From Candidatus Omnitrophota bacterium (lineage in GTDB: Bacteria; Omnitrophota; Gorgyraeia; Tantalellales; Tantalellaceae), in the NCBI GenBank assembly GCA_024277375.1, contig JAJRVD010000062.1:1-55711 (forward strand): a stretch of DNA of 55,711 bases. The letters are read 5' to 3'. Below the pieces are notes generated by a model. It ran no database searches. It was not told where the DNA came from and saw only the letters and a list, made by a program, of their open reading frames with translations. Positions 9,566-18,632 of the stretch are shown in pieces; within the stretch, counting starts at the first letter, position 1; each line of letters opens with the position of its first letter. The position numbers were made by a program, and so were the translations under genes.

Positions 9566-10637
9566 AATAAATATCGCTTTTTGAGACACCTTTTGCGGTA
9601 AGAACTTTTACGGCGGCTTCCAACATTGGCGGCGGACCGCACAAATACGCTTCCTGGTTTTCGTCATGCTTCATGTGCTTCTGCATGGTCGCCGTTATGA
9701 GACCCACCTCACCATCCCAGTCATCCTCAGATATAGGCTCTGATAAGGCAGGTATATATTTGAAATTCGGGAATTCTTTTTCAATGGCTCTTAGCTCTTC
9801 TGTACAGAAAAGATCTCGTTTTTGGCGAGCTCCGAAAAAATATGTTATCTTGCGAGTCGATCCTTTTTCATGAAGGTGTTTCACTATAGACCTTATCGGC
9901 GCCATACCGCATCCACCGGCGACACATATAATGTCTTTAGTGGATTCTTCACGTAAATAGAAATCACCATAAGCCCCCGTTAAAAATATTTCATCACCCT
10001 CTTCAAGGCACTCATGGACATAACCGGAACATAGTCCACCCGGGATGTGGCGTATCATAAGTTCTATCCTGTCGGCTATACTGGGCTGTGAAGCTACCGA
10101 GTAGGCTCTGTATTCAGTTGTCTCCGGTATGCAGAACTGCACATACTGCCCTGCTTTAAACTCTATTTTTTCCGGGTCAATCAGTTTAAAAACAATGCGT
10201 TTGATGTCATGGGTAAGGTCTTCAATGATCTCAATAACGGTTTTAAACTGCTGTGCCGCTAAAAGATCATCCGGGATGCCAAGCTCTACATCCTTTTTTA
10301 CTTTCACCTGGCAAGCCAGCCGAACTGCCTGCGCGATATCATGTTTAGTAAGAAACGGTGTTTCTGTGGGAAGAACGGTCCCACCGCCTTCCAAAACTTT
10401 AAGTTTACAGTAGCCACATGTACCCTTTCCTCCACACGCGGAAGGCATATATATTTCGTTATCGATGAGATAGGAAAGAAGGGTATCTCCACCCTCTACG
10501 GTGATCTCGGTATCTTTATTGATTATCAGCTTACATTCTCCATAGCTGGCTATATACTTATCGGCAACGGCCAAAAGCACCGCTAAACCCGACGCGATCG
10601 AACACATGACTAATATGGGGATTAAAACTTCCATCAT
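9552..10637 (-). CDS. nqrF: NqrF-type subunit (TM anchor, 2Fe-2S ferredoxin, FAD/NAD(P)-binding reductase)
   Basis: N-terminal TM helix; CGGKGTCGYCK..C cluster motif; RAYSVAS FAD motif; GGCGMAP NAD motif. TAATG overlap with the upstream gene. Confidence 0.85.
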   Translation of the reverse strand: MMEVLIPILVMCSIASGLAVLLAVADKYIASYGECKLIINKDTEITVEGGDTLLSYLIDNEIYMPSACGGKGTCGYCKLKVLEGGGTVLPTETPFLTKHDIAQAVRLACQVKVKKDVELGIPDDLLAAQQFKTVIEIIEDLTHDIKRIVFKLIDPEKIEFKAGQYVQFCIPETTEYRAYSVASQPSIADRIELMIRHIPGGLCSGYVHECLEEGDEIFLTGAYGDFYLREESTKDIICVAGGCGMAPIRSIVKHLHEKGSTRKITYFFGARQKRDLFCTEELRAIEKEFPNFKYIPALSEPISEDDWDGEVGLITATMQKHMKHDENQEAYLCGPPPMLEAAVKVLTAKGVSKSDIYYDEF

Positions 10638-11233
10638 TAAACACCCACCATTCCCGCGAATCCCATAAAAGCAAGTGCCATTATGCCGGCAATTATCATG
10701 GTGATACCGGGACCTACAAGACCCTTGGGAATATCAGCGAACATCAGTTTGGTTCTTATTCCCGACATGGCGATAATAGCTAAAGTCCAACCAACTCCAC
10801 TGCCAAACGCGAAAACCACACTCTGGGCATAAGAATAGTTTCTAAGTATCATAAAAAGCGAAACACCTAAAATGGCGCAATTTACCGTAATTAGCGGCAA
10901 AAATACACCCAAGGTTACCTGAAGTGCCGGCAAATACCTTTCGGTTACCATCTCGACAAACTGTACAAGCGCGGCTATTGTGATTATAAACAGAACATAA
11001 TACAAAAATTCCGCTTTTAAAGGTACAAGCACTTTGTAATATATCGGCCAGTTTATGGCAGCGGTAACTGTCATAACAAAAACAACCGCTACACCCATGC
11101 CCCACGCGGTCTTCAGGTTTTTCGAAACCGAAATAAACGGACACATGCCCAGAAAATATGTCAAGGCTATGTTATGCGTAAATAACGTCGCGAAAAATAT
11201 CATGAATAATGCCATTAGTTCTCCATCTGTCAT
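10637..11233 (-). CDS. nqrE: NqrE/RnfA-family membrane subunit
   Basis: Hydrophobic ORF with NIALTYFLGMCPF motif. Track start 11332 rejected because its first ~30 codons translate the REPIN repeat. ATG 11233 (or 11254) preferred. Confidence 0.85.
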   Translation of the reverse strand: MTDGELMALFMIFFATLFTHNIALTYFLGMCPFISVSKNLKTAWGMGVAVVFVMTVTAAINWPIYYKVLVPLKAEFLYYVLFIITIAALVQFVEMVTERYLPALQVTLGVFLPLITVNCAILGVSLFMILRNYSYAQSVVFAFGSGVGWTLAIIAMSGIRTKLMFADIPKGLVGPGITMIIAGIMALAFMGFAGMVGV

Positions 11234-11238
11234 TTCCG

Positions 11239-11363
11239 CTGTGTCGTAAGTCATTTTGCAAATGACCGCATACCACATACTGTAGTAGGGGTTCGATTCA
11301 TCGAACCCGTTATATCGGGCTTGATAAATCAAGCCCCTACATTATGACACAGCCGTGATGACG
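11239..11363. repeat. REPIN-like double hairpin inserted between nqrD and nqrE
   Basis: Core 11285-11340: GTAGGGGTTCGATTCATCGAACCC-gttatatc-GGGCTTGATAAATCAAGCCCCTAC, with shared flanks gtgtcgtaag... and ...attatgacacag. Confidence 0.9.
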
Positions 11364-11371
11364 ATTTTTAT

Positions 11372-12001
11372 TTAGTCGTACGATTTTTGTACTGATCGTA
11401 AGACCCATATAAAAACGCCCAACACCAAAAACGCTCCCGGAGCCATTATCATCACCACCCAACTCGTCCAGCCCGCTCCGAGAATATTTACATTGAATAA
11501 TGTCCCAAAACCCAAAAGCTCTCTAATAGCCGCGATTATAAGAAGAGCGAATGTATATCCAGCCCCGGCTCCAAGCGCGTCAACAAAAGATTCTAACGGT
11601 TTGCTCAGGGAGGCAAACGATTCGGCTCTTCCCATGATAATACAGTTCGTAATAATTAGACCAACATATGGCCCCATAGCTTCACTGATCTCCGGGAAAA
11701 ACGCCTTCAGAACGCGATCAACCAGAATAACGGATGTCGAGATAACTATCATATAAACTATCATTCTCACCCTGCGCGGAACAACGTGCCTTATTGCCGA
11801 AAGAGCTACGGAACTGGCGCACATGGCGAAGGTTACACCAACCCCCATTGCCACCGCGTTATTAAGCCGGTTGGTAACCGCCAAGGCCGAGCATATCCCC
11901 AGAACCATTCTACAAATAGGATTATCATGCCAAAGAGTATTCAAAAATATCTTCGGGTAGTGACGATTTATAAATTTTACCTTGAGCTTTTTCTTAACCA
12001 T
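11372..12001 (-). CDS. nqrD: NqrD/RnfE-family membrane subunit
   Basis: 209-aa polytopic ORF. Position and hydrophobic pattern are typical of NqrD/RnfE. 8-nt overlap with nqrC. Confidence 0.85.
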   Translation of the reverse strand: MVKKKLKVKFINRHYPKIFLNTLWHDNPICRMVLGICSALAVTNRLNNAVAMGVGVTFAMCASSVALSAIRHVVPRRVRMIVYMIVISTSVILVDRVLKAFFPEISEAMGPYVGLIITNCIIMGRAESFASLSKPLESFVDALGAGAGYTFALLIIAAIRELLGFGTLFNVNILGAGWTSWVVMIMAPGAFLVLGVFIWVLRSVQKSYD

Positions 12002-12563
12002 TTTTATATTTTTTCCTGAGAGCTTGAACGTTATCGTTTATTAGCGCCTCAAAAGCTTTACTTGTCATCGTAGCGCCGGTTATCGCGTCAAAAGTAATTG
12101 AGGGATCGATGGGTTTACCTTTAAATTGATCCTTAAAAGCTTTCTCGCCGATTCTTCCTCCAAGCCCCGGAGTCTCTTCCTGTTTTAAAATTTCAATACC
12201 TTTTATTTTCTTAAGTTTAGCGTCCAGCGCTACAAGAGTTGTAATAGTTCCCCAGAACCCGGGACCTTTTGCCTCGAAAGCCACACCTACAAGTTTATTG
12301 CCCTTATAGTAATCAAAAAATGTAGTACCATCTATGGTTTTTATCTTTATCTGTTCGTCAAAAATATCCAGTATGCTCTCTTTTTCGTAGCGAATAGCGA
12401 ACGTGTCAAGAACACTCCTTTTCAGCTTTATTTCTTCGTTCAAAGCGATCAAAGGAGTGGTGTATATGTTAATACACGTCAACAGCGCGCCTGATACACC
12501 GGCGACTATAAGGATCAACCCTACCATCCAGATTCTGTTTTTTGTAAGTTTAACTTCTGACAT
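11994..12563 (-). CDS. nqrC: NqrC/RnfG-family FMN-binding subunit
   Basis: N-terminal TM anchor and covalent-FMN motif TGATMTS near the C-terminus. Confidence 0.8.
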   Translation of the reverse strand: MSEVKLTKNRIWMVGLILIVAGVSGALLTCINIYTTPLIALNEEIKLKRSVLDTFAIRYEKESILDIFDEQIKIKTIDGTTFFDYYKGNKLVGVAFEAKGPGFWGTITTLVALDAKLKKIKGIEILKQEETPGLGGRIGEKAFKDQFKGKPIDPSITFDAITGATMTSKAFEALINDNVQALRKKYKNG

Positions 12564-13593
12564 TTTTATATCGTACGCTTAGCACCAATTGGTCAAGTAA
12601 CGGCGCGAAAATATTCATAAACACTATTGCGAACATTACGCCCTCCACATATCCTGAAAAACCACGTATACACAAAGTTATAACTCCCAGCAAAATACCA
12701 TATATCCAACTAGCAGTCTGGGTAAAAGGTGATGTCACCGGATCTGTCGCCATGAACATCGCCCCGAATAAAAGTCCGCCCGAGAGGAGCTGAAATCCTG
12801 CCGGCGCGAATAGATCCGGCCACAGAGCATGAAATATCGGAGCTAAGACAGCGACACTACCTATATAGGAAACAGGTATTCTCCAATTCGCCACCTTTGT
12901 TATCATGAGAAAAATACCGCCGGCAACAATAGCTATCTTACACGTTTCACCCACTGACCCCGGGATATTTCCCATTAAAAGGCTTAAGTTAGACGCGATC
13001 TCGCCGGCGCCCTTAAAGGCCATAAGGGGTGTAGCTGAGGTAATACCATCAACCAACGGTAGTTTCCAGCTCGTCGTCATATGCACCGGGAACGCTATCG
13101 CTATAAATATCCTGCCCACTAGCGCGGGGTTGAATATGTTTTTACCTGTACCGCCAAATACTTCTTTACCGAAGACAACACCTACAACTATTCCTACGGC
13201 CGCTATCCAGAAAGGTATCGTCGGAGGAAGTATCAAAGCGTATATAATACCTGTTATAAAGAACCCTTCATGGATCTCTTTCTTGCGAATGACCGCGAAA
13301 GCGACTTCGCAGATGCCGCCAAAAATGTAAGAAACAGCTATAAGCCCGATAACACGCAAGCCGAAGACATATATACCGGCCAAAGTCGCCGGAACCATAG
13401 CGATAAAAACTGTTATGATATATCTTTTGAGATCAACATTGTCCCTTATGTGAGGAGCACCGGAAGTTACTTCGTTTGTGCCGAACAAAAACTCCTCCAC
13501 CGCCATGACAACCGGTTTAAACGGTTTGAGAAACTTATTGTTCTCAACCACATCAAAAACCGTGGCAAATATTTTGCGTAACAACTTGATCAC
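12550..13593 (-). CDS. nqrB: NqrB/RnfD-family membrane subunit
   Basis: 347-aa polytopic ORF with flavinylation-type motif GITSATPL. Confidence 0.85.
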   Translation of the reverse strand: MIKLLRKIFATVFDVVENNKFLKPFKPVVMAVEEFLFGTNEVTSGAPHIRDNVDLKRYIITVFIAMVPATLAGIYVFGLRVIGLIAVSYIFGGICEVAFAVIRKKEIHEGFFITGIIYALILPPTIPFWIAAVGIVVGVVFGKEVFGGTGKNIFNPALVGRIFIAIAFPVHMTTSWKLPLVDGITSATPLMAFKGAGEIASNLSLLMGNIPGSVGETCKIAIVAGGIFLMITKVANWRIPVSYIGSVAVLAPIFHALWPDLFAPAGFQLLSGGLLFGAMFMATDPVTSPFTQTASWIYGILLGVITLCIRGFSGYVEGVMFAIVFMNIFAPLLDQLVLSVRYKNVRS

Positions 13594-15098
13594 AGCGGCA
13601 TCCTCCCGCGATATGCTTTGACAGCCTCTTCCGATTCTTTAGTTTTTACCCTGAAAACCGTACAGCCTTCCTCTATAAGTGTTCTCTTCCCCTTGGTAAT
13701 GTGATCGGTAAGAGGTATCTTACAGGGACATACATATGAACACAACCCGCAATCTATGCATTCAAAAATACCGAGTTGTTCAGTTTCTTCGCAAATATCG
13801 TGTTTTATATGCTTACTTAAAAGATGGGGATATATCCCTACAGGACACACTTCATCGCAATACCCGCACTGCACGCAGGGTCGCCCCTCTCCGTGCATAT
13901 TAGTGTTATATTCACTTTTCGCGCACGGTACAACCGCCGATAAAAACGCGTTAGAATATGAATCCCTATCTAAACCCGGCCGCATGAACGCGAGAAACTC
14001 TTTTTCCTTATACTCTTCCAGAACCGTAATATGCCCGATGGACCTTCCTACCGGCATCGAAAGATCCTTCTGCACCAGACCGCTCATCGTTCCCCCGAAA
14101 ATAATTCTTCCTTCAATGTTCTCTTTTATGTTGCCTTCGATAGCGTTCTCGATTGAAGTTCCAACTCTCAGGTTAATGTACTTACCCTCCTTACAAGCCG
14201 ATCCGGATAAAGAGATCGTATTTTCGATAAGGGGCTTACCCTCCACCACAGCGTCGTATACCCTCAAAATCTCGTGAGTGCCAAGCATTAGGGTTCCCAC
14301 ATCAACACCAAAACCACCAATAGGCACTTTTTCATCAAGAATTGTTCTGGCAAGCATATCTTCCGATTCCTGAGGATATTTCTTGTCTAGCGGCTGTATA
14401 AAGATCCACTCAGACGTTTTCGCGCTGGAATTGGACCTCTTTATAATGTTTATCATCTCTTCCTGAAAGACCTTGTCTTTACTATCCAAAACGATCGTAA
14501 CATTAATATCGGGAAAAGCTTTCTTAAGAATAGATATCCCTTTGTATAAACGATCTTCTGAGCCCTTCAATAGTATTTTTTGATCGGGGCTGAAGGGGCC
14601 CGTTCCAAACGTGGTAACGATGAGATTATTAATGGATTTCGGTTGCACCGGTGAACTTTTGAAAGAAGTGGGAATGCCGGATTTGCCTAGCGCCGTTACC
14701 CCCGAAAGATATAATATCTCGTTTATTTTTTCAGAGCTTAATTTCTCAAAATTTTCGGTAGCGCCTTCAACCGCTTTGTACTCACTTGAACCATCAGATC
14801 TAATAACTACCGCGGCGACCTTGCCGTAATGGCAATCTATCTGACGAATATCTTCTACAATACCGTTCACACTCGCGATAGCCGGAGTTGAAACCGTTTC
14901 GTCATCCCGGGCGATTATTTGGCCCGCTTGCACCTTATCGCCTTTTTGGACCAGGGGAGTGATTTTAGAGGAAAATCTCAAGCTTAAAGGGATAACCACT
15001 CTTTCGGGAATGGACAGAGTTTCCACCCTTTCAGAAAAAGTGATCTTAGGTGTCCTAAATGTATATCCGCCTTTAAAGGTCTTTCTCTTGTTCAACAT
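13590..15098 (-). CDS. RnfC/NqrA-family peripheral subunit retaining two 4Fe-4S motifs
   Basis: N-terminal FKGGY..barrel-sandwich region; GGTMSG (RnfC GGPMMG-like); CVQCGYCDEVCP and CIDCGLCSYVCP. The Gly-rich NADH/FMN loop is degenerate (LGKSGIPT). Confidence 0.8.
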   Translation of the reverse strand: MLNKRKTFKGGYTFRTPKITFSERVETLSIPERVVIPLSLRFSSKITPLVQKGDKVQAGQIIARDDETVSTPAIASVNGIVEDIRQIDCHYGKVAAVVIRSDGSSEYKAVEGATENFEKLSSEKINEILYLSGVTALGKSGIPTSFKSSPVQPKSINNLIVTTFGTGPFSPDQKILLKGSEDRLYKGISILKKAFPDINVTIVLDSKDKVFQEEMINIIKRSNSSAKTSEWIFIQPLDKKYPQESEDMLARTILDEKVPIGGFGVDVGTLMLGTHEILRVYDAVVEGKPLIENTISLSGSACKEGKYINLRVGTSIENAIEGNIKENIEGRIIFGGTMSGLVQKDLSMPVGRSIGHITVLEEYKEKEFLAFMRPGLDRDSYSNAFLSAVVPCAKSEYNTNMHGEGRPCVQCGYCDEVCPVGIYPHLLSKHIKHDICEETEQLGIFECIDCGLCSYVCPCKIPLTDHITKGKRTLIEEGCTVFRVKTKESEEAVKAYRGRMPL

Positions 15099-15108
15099 AT
15101 CGGGTATT

Positions 15109-15138
15109 TATATAACACACCCATATATAGTTTGTCAA
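15109..15138 (-). promoter_or_regulatory. Putative promoter of the rnfC/nqr operon (near-leaderless)
   Basis: Minus strand reads TTGACA-18 nt-TATATA, with 10 nt between the -10 box and the ATG at 15098. No SD sequence. Confidence 0.4.
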
Positions 15139-15161
15139 ATGAAAGATGTTTCGGGTATAAT
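15132..15161 (+). promoter_or_regulatory. Putative promoter of the glycosyltransferase gene (near-leaderless), divergent from and overlapping the nqr promoter
   Basis: TTGTCA-18 nt-TATAAT, with 9 nt between the -10 box and the ATG at 15171. The two -35 boxes overlap back to back at TTTGTCAAA. Confidence 0.4.
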
Positions 15162-15170
15162 ACTTCTGCT

Positions 15171-16535
15171 ATGGAACGAACAAAGATAAGACAAGATCTG
15201 ATCCTTCTGTTCATATTTTCGAGTGTAATACTCCTCTGGAAACTTGGGACCGGGAGCCTTTCATCCTGGGACGAAGGATTTTACGGCAGTGTCTCGCGCT
15301 CTATACTAAAAACGGGCGATTGGATCACTCTCCACTGGCGTGGGGCGGCCTGGCATGATAAACCTCCCCTATATATGTGGATATCCGCCGGTTTTTTAAA
15401 GTTTTTCGGAACAAATGAGTTCTCAGTGCGGCTTCTCTCCGCCCTGTCCGGCATCGGCCTTGTACTTCTTACATACCTTTTTGCCAACAAACTGTATTCC
15501 CGCAAAGCAGCCGTTGCCGCCGGGTTAGTGATTCTCTCGTCTTGGGCATTTATATGGTCATCAAAGATGGGAATGCTCGATATAACTCTCACTTTTTTTA
15601 TTACACTGTCGCTGTACTTGTTCAAGTCGGGCGAAGAAAAAAATATTTGCCTTTTTCTGTCTCCGATAGCGTTCGCCGCCGCGTTCCTGACAAAGGGCAT
15701 GGCCGCCGCCATTGCGCCCGCAATTCTTTTCATCTATATTATTGCCTCTGGGAAATTAAAAACATTCAAGAATAAATCTTTTATTTTAGGAGTTTTCGCG
15801 TCTTTTTTTATCATAACATGCTGGCACTGGCTTCTTTTTCACCGTCATGGCGTCACTTTCATAAATGAATATTTTGTTAAAAATATTCTTATGCGCAGCC
15901 GGGAAGCGATGGACGGACATACCGGCGATATCTTAACCTATTTCGGCGTCATCCCTAACAAAGGACGGCCATGGGCAGGAATAGGACTTGCTTTAGCTCC
16001 ATATCTTTTATGGTGTGTTTTCAAAAATAAAGAGAAAGAACATATCCTTCCCCTTATCTGGACGTCCGTTGTGCTAGTGCTTTATAGCTTGGTGAAAACA
16101 AAGCTCCATTGGTATATAATGCCTATATATCCGGCACTCGCGGTCATGACCGGATGGGCATGCGCCAAGATATTTAAAAAATATACCATACCGATAGTTT
16201 CCCTTTGCGCCTTAGTCTCTTTAGGATACCTCACGCTTGATAAACAAATATTCGACCTTGATTACTCCCCCCGGATAAAACAGGTAACAGAGCTGGCTAT
16301 AAGCGCGGTACCAAAAGATCAAACGCTTTTCATGTATGAGGTGACCGACCCCTCCATGCTATTTTATCTGGGCGGTATCGGGGTGAATGTGCACGAAAAA
16401 GAATCCTTACGGGAGATATTGAAAGAAAAAGGGAGTTTTGTCGTGCTTCCCAAAAGCCGCCTGAAAGATCTCGACGACATAAACTTTTCGACCGTCTTCG
16501 AGAAATCCGAATTCATCCTGATCAAGACCGAATAA
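15171..16535 (+). CDS. GT-C family glycosyltransferase (ArnT/PMT_2, GT39/83-like)
   Basis: Multi-TM ORF with first-loop motif SWDEGFYG..DKPPLYMW. ATG 15171 preferred over TTG 15132. Confidence 0.7.
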   Translation: MERTKIRQDLILLFIFSSVILLWKLGTGSLSSWDEGFYGSVSRSILKTGDWITLHWRGAAWHDKPPLYMWISAGFLKFFGTNEFSVRLLSALSGIGLVLLTYLFANKLYSRKAAVAAGLVILSSWAFIWSSKMGMLDITLTFFITLSLYLFKSGEEKNICLFLSPIAFAAAFLTKGMAAAIAPAILFIYIIASGKLKTFKNKSFILGVFASFFIITCWHWLLFHRHGVTFINEYFVKNILMRSREAMDGHTGDILTYFGVIPNKGRPWAGIGLALAPYLLWCVFKNKEKEHILPLIWTSVVLVLYSLVKTKLHWYIMPIYPALAVMTGWACAKIFKKYTIPIVSLCALVSLGYLTLDKQIFDLDYSPRIKQVTELAISAVPKDQTLFMYEVTDPSMLFYLGGIGVNVHEKESLREILKEKGSFVVLPKSRLKDLDDINFSTVFEKSEFILIKTE

Positions 16536-16582
16536 GGGGACAGCCTCCTTTTGGCCAAAAGGAGGCTGTCCCCTTATTTTTT
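16534..16582. terminator. Bidirectional intrinsic terminator between convergent genes
   Basis: Perfect 42-nt palindrome AAGGGGACAGCCTCCTTTTGG/CCAAAAGGAGGCTGTCCCCTT followed by ATTTTTT. Confidence 0.85.
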
Positions 16583-17348
16583 ATTCTTCTTTTAAAAATG
16601 AAAAATCGCCGAGAATACGAGCGTCCGCATTGCGGCGCATGTAGTCTACATAGAATTTCGCCATGTCACCGATACGTGTCTCCGGCGTCATTTCCATCAC
16701 TTTCTTGAGCTCACCGTATGCCGCGGAACGATTATGTTTATATACATAATAGCAAACAGCCAGATTATAATGAGCTTTAGCGTCATCACTTTTAAGCTTT
16801 ATGATCTTTCGGCATACGCGCATAGCGTCATCATATCTCTTCAGAGTTGAATACATATAGCAGATGTAATGCAGTTTTTTTATGTAAAATTTTACGAGCG
16901 CGTCACTCTTGGGAAATAGCTTGTCCATTTTTTTCTGAAAGACATTGAATTCAGCTACGCTTTTATCAATTTTGCGGTCAAAAAAATACGCCTTACCTAA
17001 AGAGAAACGCGGGACGGGATAATCCGGATTGATCTTAATGGCCTTCCGAAACATCTTTATTGCCGCTTTCCGTTTTTCCTGTGCCCAATATATCTCACCC
17101 AGTTGACTGTACGTCACATGGTCGGAAGGATTACGTGATATTATCTCCCTGCAGAGTTTCTCCGCTTTCTGAAAGCGTCTTTCCTTTGTAAGCTTTGAAG
17201 CTTCGGCGTACTTCTCGTACAGCGCCTCGGTTGCCTTTTCTTTCGCGGTGTTGCCTGATATTTCTCCGGCCAATGAAACGGCGCGCATTGCCCCGAACAG
17301 CACAAGCGCAGCCATAAAAATTGTGAGTGTTTTTTTTAGATCGATCAT
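16581..17348 (-). CDS. Secreted TPR-repeat protein (PilF/PilW-like position in the pilus cluster)
   Basis: Signal peptide plus several 34-residue TPR-like repeats (AIKMFRKAIKINPDY, AHYNLAVCYY). Confidence 0.6.
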   Translation of the reverse strand: MIDLKKTLTIFMAALVLFGAMRAVSLAGEISGNTAKEKATEALYEKYAEASKLTKERRFQKAEKLCREIISRNPSDHVTYSQLGEIYWAQEKRKAAIKMFRKAIKINPDYPVPRFSLGKAYFFDRKIDKSVAEFNVFQKKMDKLFPKSDALVKFYIKKLHYICYMYSTLKRYDDAMRVCRKIIKLKSDDAKAHYNLAVCYYVYKHNRSAAYGELKKVMEMTPETRIGDMAKFYVDYMRRNADARILGDFSFLKEE

Positions 17349-17353
17349 CTTTG

Positions 17354-17596
17354 TTACAGGTAAACCGCGACCGAGACCAACACTAACCCGGCGATAAGAT
17401 AAAAAGTCGCGAGAAAATATCTTTTCTCCAATAGTTTTTCCGAACTAAGTATAAGTTTTTCACCTATCCCATCAAGCTTCTTCACTGCCTCCGGCCTGAA
17501 AAAATATAAAAAACTTAAAATCAACGATGCCGCGCCGATAATTGCGTACCATACCATATCACTCACCTCCTGCTTATGCTTCGGTCTCAAAACCAC
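17354..17596 (-). CDS. Small membrane protein, unknown function
   Basis: 80 aa with two hydrophobic helices. Overlaps the upstream gene end. Confidence 0.4.
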   Translation of the reverse strand: MVLRPKHKQEVSDMVWYAIIGAASLILSFLYFFRPEAVKKLDGIGEKLILSSEKLLEKRYFLATFYLIAGLVLVSVAVYL

Positions 17597-18077
17597 CCAT
17601 GGTCAACTCGTATTGTCTGTCGCCCTCTTGTATGACCACACTTTGATCTTTTATCTCAAGTATCCTCTTGTCCCCTATCATCTCGCCTTCACCTACGATC
17701 TCATCGTTTATAACGGCAAAGGGCCTCTCCCCGTCACTCACGATGCCCGACAGCTTCAAGCTTACACGTACAAAAACTCCGGGTTCATCGCGCTCATCGG
17801 GCTTAAGGAATGGATCATTTCTTCCTGCCTCTTTGAACATAGCCTGAACTTCGGGGGACTTCTCCTTCTTCTCCCTTTTCTTTTTACGGGATAAAGCCTC
17901 CTTAGAAACAGTTTCCTCCACCCTCTTAGATTCCGCCTTTCGGCTTATTTTTCCCTTTTCCCCGAAATTCGAGGCCACGATAACAATAAGGATCACTGAA
18001 GCCACGATAAGCATAACTAATTGCGTCTTATCTTTTTTACTTAAATTTCGCAAGTTTAATAATTCGTCAATTTTCAT
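17574..18077 (-). CDS. PilP/GspC-like pilus assembly protein
   Basis: TM anchor, Lys/Glu-rich linker, NDPFLKP motif and a C-terminal beta domain (LKLSGIV..AVINDEIVGEGEMIG). Confidence 0.5.
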   Translation of the reverse strand: MKIDELLNLRNLSKKDKTQLVMLIVASVILIVIVASNFGEKGKISRKAESKRVEETVSKEALSRKKKREKKEKSPEVQAMFKEAGRNDPFLKPDERDEPGVFVRVSLKLSGIVSDGERPFAVINDEIVGEGEMIGDKRILEIKDQSVVIQEGDRQYELTMGGFETEA

Positions 18078-18079
18078 GG

Positions 18080-18625
18080 TTACTCGTCTTCGCCTGTAAA
18101 AACAAATAATGTTAATGTGAACGATGTGATCAGATCCTGGCGTGCTTCATCCTCTCTCTCCATTCTGATATCGCTTATATCCAACAACTTCTTACCTGAC
18201 GAGAGCAGTTTCATGAGATCTATCGCGGCTACATATTTCCCTATAATAACGACTTCAACGGCTATTTTTTTAATATGTTCCTCCGGCGCGAATCTTCGCT
18301 GCAACAGATCCACGGTTTTCAACTTATTACCGGTTTTGTCCGCCAGCCGACTTATTCCCTTTAAAAATTGGTTGATCTCATTTTCTTTAAAAAATTTATT
18401 CCTGGCCGATTGAAATTTCTTTTTCCATTCAGCATTGGCTCGTCTGGCCTCACCGATATTCTCCATCTGTCCTTCACGGGCCGCCAGAAGTTTTTTGCTA
18501 GCCGCGTATTCCAAGCGAACGGCTTCTAATTGCCTGGTTTGAGGCGCTATGAAAACAATATAAAGCGTTGTGCTCACAGCGATCAGAATAGATACCCCGA
18601 TGACCTTAGTCTTATCCATATTCAT
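18080..18625 (-). CDS. pilO: PilO-like type IV pilus assembly protein
   Basis: 181 aa: TM anchor, coiled coil, C-terminal alpha/beta domain. Follows the pilMN fusion. Confidence 0.55.
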   Translation of the reverse strand: MNMDKTKVIGVSILIAVSTTLYIVFIAPQTRQLEAVRLEYAASKKLLAAREGQMENIGEARRANAEWKKKFQSARNKFFKENEINQFLKGISRLADKTGNKLKTVDLLQRRFAPEEHIKKIAVEVVIIGKYVAAIDLMKLLSSGKKLLDISDIRMEREDEARQDLITSFTLTLFVFTGEDE

Positions 18626-18632
18626 ATTATTT

